From NCBI GenBank assembly GCA_051942165.1, contig JAVECS010000014.1, forward strand, positions 1-46,925: DNA of 46,925 bases, given 5' to 3'. The position numbers and the translations under genes are program-made. The DNA is from Circinaria calcarea (lineage: Eukaryota). This document shows, piece after piece, positions 23,657-34,148 of the stretch (position 1 is the stretch's first letter; every line of letters begins with the position of its first letter). The notes below the pieces were generated by a model, which worked only from the letters and a program-made list of their open reading frames with translations, had not been told where the DNA came from and did no database searches.

Positions 23657-23782
23657 TACTGGTCTACAAGCATATTAGTCGCTAGTGCGATCTGCCAATA
23701 AGGGGATTTAATTGGTCGCTATACTCAAAATATACCCTGTTTTGCCAAGCTTACTGACGACTAATATGCCTGTAGACCAGTA
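23657..23782. mobile_element. MITE-like element B (25-bp inverted repeats including terminal TA)
   Basis: TACTGGTCTACAAGCATATTAGTCG (23657-23681) matches the reverse complement of CGACTAATATGCCTGTAGACCAGTA (23758-23782) at 24/25 positions. The 76-bp interior is non-coding, and the outer TA at both ends is Tc1/mariner-like. Confidence 0.55.
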
Positions 23783-24944
23783 ATCGAGCATTTTACGACC
23801 GACTTTAAAAGGTAAGAGCTAAGGCCCAAAGAGGTAAAACCCTAAACCCTTTACGGCGACTTTAAGTGTTTCGCTGCGACTCCAGCAGAATTCTGCTCGG
23901 ATCGGACCGGGTCGTGCCCAGATTTAAACCCTTCAACGTCGTTCCTTTGGTTTCAGGGCACTGTGATGGCGTATTAGATCGGTATTTATCCCTCGGCCGT
24001 ATCACGTGCAGCCGGTCGAATTCTAACCAAGTAAGTAGATCGTCAGCCGCACTCTGGTTGAAAGGTAAATGATAGTCTAAGGTGTTTCGCTGTCGATTAC
24101 ACTGGTAGCCCGAGTAATGCAACTCCAGGGACAAACGAAACTCGGCTGCATCGAGCGTCTTCCTTTAAGCTCTTCAGCCACCATGGATTATGTCGAAGGG
24201 CTGGAGGTCGGGTCCGTCGGAATCCTAGCTGAATATGCACCAGATGAGTGGGTACAAGCTTTTTCATTCGCTGGAGGCGGCTTTGGATACGACCAAGAAG
24301 AAGTTGTCCACCTTGCACCAAACCATCCGGCGCGGCGATGACCGACCCGATGCGTGGAGCAGCCATCATCTCATATTCCTCCAGCATGCAGCCGGCATTC
24401 TCCAGGAGAAGCGCCTCTGCCGAATCTACCTGGAAGTATGCTACGAAATGCTTCATCGATATTTCGGCTTCGAAGACGCTTGGCATCTATCCCGCCATTT
24501 CCTCGTGGTCGATGAGACGGACGATCAGGTACGATCAGGAGAAGGGTATTGCCGTTGCCGAATAAGGACCACGCCGCATGGCGACCGTCTCCTCCCTTTG
24601 TTAATTTTGATCTGGAGTCGGACGAAGTGTGGAGTTGAATCGAGTGAGCACAGTCAATTTCTGCAGCGTGATCCAAAAGTCTTTTTGACCCACCGATCCC
24701 GACGGTCGAGGAATTTCCATAGAGGCATTACGCCGTGCGCCTTGGGGCTTTTTATGATAGCCGGCTAGGAAATATTGCTTCTACCATTCCCGTCATTTTT
24801 TCTCCTGTTGTGATGTCTCTCCCTCTTTTCTGACGTGACATGTATCCATCCGGTCGGATCGGATGATTGTTTCGCCAGTCCCTCCGGGGGGGTGCCTATG
24901 CGGCGGGCCCCGAAGCCCGCACGGATGGGAAGCGGGGCCCCCAC

Positions 24945-25051
24945 GAGGTGATGGCTAAGTGGGAGGTAGGCAGGCAGCAAAGGAAGACGGAAGACGAAAG
25001 ACAGGGAGCAAGCAGCAGCTTGCTAACCGATGGAGGTGATGGCTAAGTGGG
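24945..25051. repeat. 19-bp perfect direct repeat GAGGTGATGGCTAAGTGGG x2
   Basis: Copies at 24945-24963 and 25033-25051. Confidence 0.85.
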
Positions 25052-26364
25052 TCTAGCAGGTCCTCCGATAAGCTGCTTGTCCCTATTCTTTGTAACCTCG
25101 CGACGTGTTGCTCGTCTGAGTTCGTGCAGCATCGGTATTTGAACAGGCAGGTCATGGAAGATAGATTGGGGATCGAGGCCTTCAGACGTCAGCGCTGGCG
25201 TATCTCTGCTCGCGACTATTAGGCCCGTCGAAGCAAAATCCGTACCATTCCATTCATACAATAAGCATGGTGCAAGACGACGCTCCGTAGAATGCTCCAC
25301 CGCAGGTGCGCACTAATGAGACTGGCTGGTGATTGCTCGAAAAAGGGTCATAACTGCAGCGTCTGTGATTCAGTGGCATGGAGAGCTTCCTGGGGTAAGA
25401 GAATCAGGAGACGTCTAGAGTCCGGGGGCGGAAAGGTGGCACTGCAGGACACGGCGGACATGGTAGACATTTGGCTATTACTAAAGGGTGGCGTCACGAA
25501 CATGAAGTCGGGGCGATAATACTCCGGGACCAACCGTGTGCCATCTGTTGCCGGACCCAACTCTCGTGATCGAGACTCTGAACTCCACGACATTTGCGGT
25601 GGCGCTCCGTGCGAATCTTTACCGGCTGCCTTGATCCGAGGCATTCTGTAGCCCAATCCTGGGACTCGTGCCCGGCCAGAAAGCGCGGGTTTGGTTGGGG
25701 AAGGCATCCAGTTGTCGGAATCACGGCAACGGGTTTGATAGAGATGGATCATCGCACGGGAAGATTTATTATTACATCAACGGCGGAATCGTAAGTTCCG
25801 TGGCTGGAGGTAACGGGAAGCCCGAGGCAGGGAGCCGGGTTCGACGCGACGCCTAGCGCCTGCTCAACCCACCCTACTTCAAGCGTAATTCTCCTCGGTG
25901 GCAAACAGCCGTCTATACACAAGACGGTCGGATCACCGGGTCTAGATCTTGCTCTCGAAGACGGTGCCATGTTGCACTACGTCAAGATCACGGCAGATGG
26001 CATCGAGGGTGATGTTGGCGTAAGACTCACGCCAACCGCCCGAACATCCGACCAGATGATCTGTCCAGGTGAATCTTGCCAGGCACCAAGAAACGGGGGA
26101 GGAATGGCTCAAGTATATGACAGTCTCCATTTAACGGGAGGGAGGACCGGTTCTCTGGAACAGTCCTCCCAACCCATCTCTAGCATTTGACTATAGGGTG
26201 ATACCTCGCCCATTAGGGTTCCGCCATCACGCAAAGATATCTCCAAGGCATATCGGTTTTTCTTCGCAGCGAAGCCACGCCCCGACAACCGTTCGAGATA
26301 GTAGCTGTCGTCGAATTGACGGCATAAGCCAGATTCATCAATACTCCTGGCCACACGACCTTTT

Positions 26365-27353
26365 ATGGCTACGCTTACTTCCCTTCCTCCGGAACTGATC
26401 CGTGAAATCTTAAGCTATCTTCCAGTCCGCGCCCTTCTCGCTTTCGGCTTGACGTCAAAGGAGAATCACGCCCATCAGTCAGTGTCACTGTCCAAGCTAC
26501 GGCTAGGCGTCTTCCCGTCTAGGTTAAACGGACTCATCTCTCTGATGGAAGCCAGCGGAAGTCAGAGTAGCATGAACAGCGTGCAGGTAACTCTGCCAAA
26601 GAGCAAATCCCGGACGAAGGACATGATTGTTCGTAACCAGAATGCTACAGTCGAAAAAGTTGCCAACAAGTACCAACTGACGCTTCGGGACCTGGAGGTC
26701 GCCGTCTGGGAGCTTACCAAATCTTCAGCTGAGTCCATTGGTCGTCTGAGGAATCTCCGTCGATTGGCCATAAGGTTAGACCACCCACACACGCGGCACT
26801 TGGATGTGGATCGGTCATTCTGGAAGAGCAGTCCTGGTTCAACTATATGGAATTGTTTTTTCAAAGATTCAAGTCTGAAGTCCACAAGAACCTATCCTCT
26901 TGGCCGGCTGGAAAGTCTGAGTCTGGAGAGAGCCGGTATTACAGACTATCAGCTCCAGCAGACGCTGGTGAACAACCCGAGGATCACGGAGCTCCGGCTG
27001 CAGAAGTGTCTGACGCTGACGGGGGAAACCTTCGAGTATCTTGCCAGTAGTCACTTCGGCGAGACCATGGAAGTTCTACATTTCACTCAGAACGATAGTA
27101 CCGAGGTTGATGATCGGGTCCTCGTACACATCGGAAGGTTATTCAAGCTGAAGGTAGGTTCCCGTAAAAAGATCTAGGTTTGCTACGCATGCTGACGGAG
27201 GGAAAGTCTCTTTCATTCCACGGCTGCTCCAACATTGATAGTGGCCGTGTCAAGCGCATGAACGACGAAGAATGGCATATTCCCACGTTGCGATTACCGT
27301 ACGATGCAGAGTGTTTGCAGCAGGTGGTTGAGGTCGACCCGGCATATAAGTAA
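26365..27353 (+). CDS. F-box protein with LRR-like repeats, 2 exons
   Basis: N-terminal F-box LTSLPPELIREILSYLPVRALLAFGLTSK, and LRR-like units (LRDLEV, LRRLAI, LESLSL, ITELRLQKC). Intron 27154-27206 (GTAGGT..GCTGAC..AAG) adds SLSFHGCSNI...EVDPAYK*. Confidence 0.85.
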
Positions 27354-28076
27354 AGCATGGGCTATGTATGATCTGCTCTATCGTGTGGATTCATGTAGCA
27401 AGTGCGAGGAGTTTGGCGTATGACCAGGCACTTCGGTCTTCTTATGATATGCTCTGACGTATTATGAGGGAAGCTAGCTGTACCTCCCTTAGATAAATGA
27501 ATTGCCGGGAGGTTACACCCCGTGTCTGTCGCCAACCTCCATTGTGCATTGGCATTGAAGTCGAGAATAGACGTCCAGTGTGGCAGTGGCCCACATGGCC
27601 CGCCAATAGTTTCCCAACACTTCCGAGCGTCAAGAAACCCCGGCTTGGGACTCGGCCGGCTAGATACGCGAGGTCGCCCCCTTTTTAGCCGGCAGTTTTC
27701 TTTTGGGTCGAGTAGGAAGATTTGTATTCTCTTCCTGTGCTGCTTTCCGACCGAACCGGGGCCAAGACAAGTGTGGATAGAGCACGTGCGGTAATTTCGG
27801 TGGAGCTGGGACGATGTAGGCCCTTAGGGTTGGCTGACTCGCTTAAGATTTCGAGGTACAATGCACATAATGTAGCCGGAGTCACACATGCTTCGAGCGC
27901 GCAAGAGAATCACTACGTATTTCATTGCTGAGCAACGATGATTCTTCAGGCCGGAGTACAGAGGTTACCATGTACACAGCCTCATTTCTAAGCTCCCAGT
28001 CAGGTGACATCAATCATCGCGGCCCCGTCCCATCACTTACCAACGGCAGGAACCCATAGACGCCGAGCAGGGTGGA

Positions 28077-29765
28077 ATGACGATAACCTACCAGATGCTT
28101 CCAGACACCAAAGACCGGCCTCGTCCGAAAAGCCGGTTGGCATCGTACATTAGCATTCATCTTGCCAACACATCCAGCGACAGACCCGAGATTCCGCCAA
28201 TACAACCGCAGGAGATACCCAGTCCGAAAGAGAAGGATAAAGTCTACAACCCAGACATCGACCTGATGTGCAGCAGCATCAAGAAGCGAATGTTGGCACA
28301 TCCCGGCAAAGACTTACCCGCACAGTACAACAGCTTTCTGGTTCATATACTGGAAGCACACGATCAGCTATCCACAGAGAATCGGACGCTTCGGAGGCAG
28401 CTGACTGCTTCAGAGAAGACAAGCCAAGTCAGCGAAGAGAAGTATCAGCTGTCCTGTGCCGCTTGGGACCAGGAACGTAAAGGATACGTATCTCGACTTG
28501 CAAATGGAGTGTCCAAACCACCAAGGGAGCGACATGCCCGGAGTATGTCCCAAGGAGACGGGGCTCCTGCCGTAGACGCTGCTGACGAGAGTTATCGCGA
28601 CGAATTCAAGTCGCAAAATTCTTACTTCACAGTAGGCGATGGAGAAAGCCCCATGTGGAAGGATCACGCTGGCAGTGGAGGTTGCTATCATAACAACCAC
28701 GCTACAGATCCTTGCTGACCCTTTTTAGGTCGGGAGCGACGCTGGCCGGGGTCACCTTCGAAAAGCATGGCTAACCTGAGCCGACGACTTCTCATGAACA
28801 AAGCTGGTCTAGATAGGTTGCCCTCACAGGCCCCGTCCGATCAAGACCAGGCCGGGTCGACGAGCTGTCTAGAAAAGCAACCTCTGGATAATCCAAGATG
28901 GAAGGCGGCCATCGGGGGACAACGAGGCACTCTCGAAACATCTGATAGCGATTTATCAAGTACTGAAGGTGACTTACTACCGGACGAAGAAGACGGCACA
29001 TCCAGCAACAGCGGAGAGGGAACCCATACTCTAAATACCCAAAACGTTGCTGTTCATCTGACCGAGTGGTTAGCTGGGCGTACTGGACTCAATCCGAATT
29101 CTATCTCCGCAGAAATCACAGCTATACTTTCAGGTGCCGGTAGCACGGAATCAGGGAAAGCATCCAAATCATGGACCCGAAACATTGACAAGTATCGGTC
29201 GGTTTACAATCTGCCTTCCCAAAACGTGCAGACCGGAGCTGCGAGTACTAGAATCAAAACGACACCCAGTTCAAACGAAAGCGCAGCCGGGGACCCTAGT
29301 ACTAGCCATAAGCTTGGCCACCACAGGGTCTTCTCTTTCATGCCGGGAGACGATGTAAAGACGCTTATGCCCGCGCGATCAAACCCTAACCTGTCGATGT
29401 GTCTGAGAGAGAAGGCCACCAGGTCATCCGTTTTTGGGAGACATGGGCGGTCTGAAAGGACTGTCAACTCACCACCTAAAAGGAATCCACCAGGGGCCAA
29501 AGCTGACAATGATACTTTGCCATTCGAGGTTTCCAGAAAATCTGGCAAGCAAGAGGCAGAAATCACTCCTCAACGTGAAGACTCCGCCCGGAGTAGATTG
29601 ACGGCAACCAAGAATCCGTCCCCGTGCACGTCTGACACATCTCAGCGTAGTTCTGTTGCAGGTGACGGCAAGGCTTGGAGGCATCAATCAAAGGATCCGA
29701 AGGTGTCGATTGCCATTGCCGCTGCACAAGCCGCGGGCGGGACAGTCTCTGCACCGACCAGTTAG
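28077..29765 (+). CDS. Hypothetical protein (short coiled coil plus Ser/Pro-rich disordered region), 2 exons
   Basis: ORFs 28077-28718 and 28767-29765 join in frame through a 48-nt intron at 28681-28728 (GTTGCT..GCTGAC..TAG). Contains LPAQYNSFLVHILEA followed by a heptad-like segment, and a RVFSFMPGDD motif. The start is uncertain. Confidence 0.65.
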
Positions 29766-31849
29766 ATGCGGGAACCATAATGCCAGACGGATTAAGAAGG
29801 TCCTGTACAGTCGAAGTAGCCAGACTAGCTTGATGGGCGGCCAAGGTCTACCAGCTTGATACACGAGTCAACAGAGTTGAATAGGAACTACACTTCCTGC
29901 ATGTATTGAGCAGATATTGGAGACGAAGCTGACGCAGGGGAATGGATTCTTGAAATGAACAAATGTACTACGTGATTGGGAAAACAGAGACAGGTCACAG
30001 CTGTTTTGTAGAAAGTAGTCTCCTCTTCCGGACATTTACTAACTCGGAAATCACTACCTCAGCGAATCGTTCGAATGAGCAACTTCACCCAGAGTATCAT
30101 CGTGGCTCCATCCACCATGCTCTAGATAAACGCCCGAGGCCACCGATTCTCCCTGCGACCATCTCATTAACCACACGCGGTATTTTTATGGCATACGGCG
30201 CGACGAGTCTCAACTGACTGGGCTGGAGAAGCGTAAATCCATATTGGCCCAGATGGGCATGACTGATACCACCGGGAAGGTTACGACTTGACGAGGTCAT
30301 GCGTACTGGGAAAGATCAAACAAGTCGTGCATATGGATATGCGTATGTACTGACATTATTCCCTCGGCAGGCTCGACAAGGCCACTCACCCTAATAGCAT
30401 CGAACGCGTTCATTTGGAAAGACAACAGCGTCTTCCGTCTTATTAGTGAAATTGGTTTTGGCGGCATCATTAGCAATCTACTCGCCGGACACAGTCGAGA
30501 TTATATCAACCAGGGCTTCCTCATAGCGGCGGCTGTTTCATCAATAGGAGCCGATTATTCGTCAATCGAATGCAGTGGCTGCCCCACCAGACTCAATCTC
30601 GTGAGTAAACTGACGGCTCCGGCAGGTGGCCTTCCCTCCATACACTGTAGGTCCCGTCAAGCTTGCTTTCCGCAACAAACTCGCCTTTCCCCAGCAGGTG
30701 AAACGTGGTCTACCAAGGACAAACTACGCGAACATTCCCGGTCTCCTCTTGAAGATTCCCTAGACCTTGGACGGCCCCTAAGCCTTTTTATCCAGGACAT
30801 CTCCGGTCTCCTCTGTGTCGGGTTTGTCTTCCTCGTCTGGTTTATCAGTCTCGCGCGATGGTCGGTGGATTTCAATACCCCTACAACACTGCTGGAAGAC
30901 GACTCTTGCTGCTGTTAGATGTCTTGATGTTAGGGTATCAGAGGGTTCGAAGGAGACGTTTGGTTGAAAGATTCTGCGGATGGGCGTCACTGAAGTAATT
31001 TGATATCTCAAACCCGTCGAGGTCTTCGATGGCGCCGTTACTCGCACCAATTCTGTTAGCGGTTGGAGTCGAGGGGCTAATTGTGAGGCATCTTGTCGTT
31101 ACTCCCCATAGTCTTCATTGGAGCCACTTTTACCCCCGTCACTTTTGTCGTCTCTGTCCAATCGAATAAGCCATAAGCCTGGCGAGAACATGTTCAACGC
31201 GCCGTTACCTTGACGGAACAGAGCTGATTACTTTCCTGACTTCAATTGCCTATTCTGCTCTTTCGTAATACTTGGCACGTTCCGAATCTCCAGTTGGAGG
31301 TATGCAACACGCTTTGTTGTTCGAAGTCTTGCAGGTCTTGCAGGTCTTGCAGCCCTTGCAGTGCTAAATACGGGATGGTAGTTGCGGAAACGGTATAACT
31401 ACTATCATAGGAATTGCTAACGTCATGGAAGCTCTTGAGAAATCGCTGTCTGCTGCTCAACGCAACGTCATTTCTGTTTCCGAATCGGCGACAACTCTTG
31501 AATTTATGGAATCGTGGTTTTACCCGTTGAGTTGTGAGAGCTAACCCCAAGTTCTTTTGATATTGACACTGCCCCCCAGACTCTAATCAGAAAACATTCA
31601 GGGCTGGCTTGGAATAAAGCAGGTCCTTCATAATACTGTGGTATGTCCAAATACAACAAACCGCTGTAATACGGGATCCCTTTATCTCCCCTCGTCTGAT
31701 GGAGTATGGATCATTTGCGGATTGAATACACGGCGAGCCCACCCTTGGCAGTAGTTGGTACGTTGCGTGCCTGCACCCCTGATCTCTTCTAGTATTTCAA
31801 ACACTTAAGCATGCTTCCAGCTCTTCGTAATCCCACATGCCGGCAAGGT

Positions 31850-33660
31850 TTAACTAACCCTACCGGCCCATCGCGACTGAAGAATACCACAAAGCAGACC
31901 CGCTCCCAGCAACAGTGCATTGAAGATAGCGAGCATATAGAAAGGTGCGACCGGAGATTGTGTGTCGAATAGAAATCCTCCTAACTTTGTTAAGAGCAAG
32001 ATTCCAGCTCCACCACCAAGCGAATATACCCCAGCGATAGATCCTTTCAAGTGGTTGAGTGTCTGAACCTTAGGTGACTTCCCAGGAAGAAGGCTTCTAG
32101 TCTCACGATCATCCCTTGACGTCTCTTCACACGAAACTTGTTGGGGGAGAAGACTGCCAGCTCCATGGTGCAGGCACCCATCGGGAAATTGGCCATCGTT
32201 TGTGTACGGCCTTTCAATATCCACTAGATCCTGAGGAGAAGGGTACGTGTGGTTTTCATTGACTTCCAGGCCCGATATTCCTCGCCCTAAGAAACCTAAG
32301 CTGCACACGATACAACCAATCTGACTGATCCCCAGAAGTGATACCATTATAAAAACAAGCGGACTTCCACGTTCTCCGCTGGATTCTGGGCTTCGCAACA
32401 ATGCAAAGCCAACGTAGCCAATGACACCAGTAAAAGTGGCGGCAAGTAGAGGGATGTGGAATCGGCGATACCTATCCGCTAGATAGCCGAAAACAGGGGC
32501 CATTAAAAGAGCAACAAGCTGCGATGTCCCAGATAACTGAGCCGCAAGTATGTAAGCCTCTCGACAGTGGGATTTAATGTCGGTTGGATCATTAATAGGT
32601 TTACAGATTCCGGAAGACGTGAAATAAGCATTTACAAATAGCGGGATGAACAGTGATATACCCACAGAGGACGCCCGAGCAACAAATCCACCAAGGTAAC
32701 CCAGACCGATGAGTGGATGCTTGAATCCGAGTTTAACTGACTTGAGTAGAAGTTTCCAATAGGCCAACATAGGTTGGTTTTCTAACGATACCCCCGTTGC
32801 GTTGTGGCCACTCACAAGCGCGCGCCAGCTTTTCTCTTCTTCGCCCTTTAGGTTTCTCAGACCAAAATAGCAGATTCCAGCGACAAGTAATGCAACACCG
32901 CCAACAACGTAATAAGTATAGGCAATGGCTGGTCCTGGGCCTATGTGAAGCTTTTGGAATTGAGTAGGCAACGGGAGAAAGAGGCCCAGAGCCAGCAGCG
33001 CGCCGAAGCCGGTAAACATTCCGACAAAACCTGCCAGGCGAGTTGGAGATGAACGATGAGATAAGGTCTCAGGCTTGAGGAGCGGTTCCTGCGATTGTAC
33101 TTGCAATCTTGCGGGGGTTATTGTAAGCTCGGATGAGACAGAGGGTGATATAGTATGGCCGCAGGCATGATCAGCATAGGCTGGTAACTTGTCCGATTGG
33201 CCTTTCGAGTTAGGCACAGTCATGGACGGGAGAATGGCGGTCACCATCGTGGCTGTAGCCGAAGCCCCGACGCTGAACAAAAGTCTTGCTAAGAGCAGCT
33301 GCGGGAATACATTTCGAGCCTGGACAAAGATAAATAACGAGACTGCCACGATCGTATAGCCAAGAACGCAAACCTATGATTTTGTCAGTGCGGTATAGCT
33401 ATATCCTTCTGTAGAAAAAAACTAACTGTTCTAATACCGATACGATCTGAAAGCACACCCCATACAGGGCAAGCTATCAATGCAACTAGCTCATCCGCGA
33501 AACCAAGCGTACCTACTGCATTTCCAACACCATGATGCTCCTGAATGAGGTCTGTAATGATAAAGGACAGAGACGCGTTTAAAAAGACCAAGAACGAAAT
33601 CGAGAAGAGGCAGACGCCCAGAAGATACGTAGCCGCCTGAAGTCGTGTGGCGGTGAACAT
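31850..33660 (-). CDS. Major facilitator superfamily transporter, 2 exons
   Basis: Intron 33374-33426 joins ORFs 33385-33660 and 31850-33349. About 12 hydrophobic segments, with motif A-like WGVLSDRIGIR and FGYLADRYRR, and motif B-like LLLARLLFSVG. Confidence 0.88.
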
Positions 33661-34148
33661 GCTTGGCTACTTTCTCCACTTTGTTATTTCGTAGATTTTG
33701 AAGGCGATAATCTCATAAGAATAGGAGTATTCGTTTAGAGAGGGTCGAGGTGCGGATAGCCGTAATCATACTTTGAACGCTGCTAACTAGACTAGTTGAC
33801 GGAGTAGCAATTCCAAAGAGTATGGGCATGAAGGGCCTGAACACAGCGACAAGTGAAGAAATAAGTGAAGAGGAGTGAGGTGTAGTCGAACATGAGCCGA
33901 TATCACGTGAGTCGAGTAGGATTCGTGCTTTGAATGCACGCTAGAGTGCGTACGGTACACCGTGGCTTTGTTTGTCGGATTTCTGACATCCACGTGTATA
34001 ACTTCTAGCAAGCTCACAAACCCACTCATACTGTCCGACTCCTGTCCAGCGCCTTCTTCACAGTGCAGGCCCGCGCTGTTATGGAACAGCACCGCCGCCA
34101 ACTTCTCAGTGTATCTTGTAACCAGCGTCATTATCTGGAATTCGTAAG

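Noticed and set aside
26213..26220. TTAGGGTT as a minus-strand telomerase template
   Set aside because: An 8-mer expected by chance (another lies near 27824), only about 145 bp from the F-box ATG, with no supporting structure.
31326..31361. (GTCTTGCAG)3 plus a partial copy
   Set aside because: Simple minisatellite with no further context.
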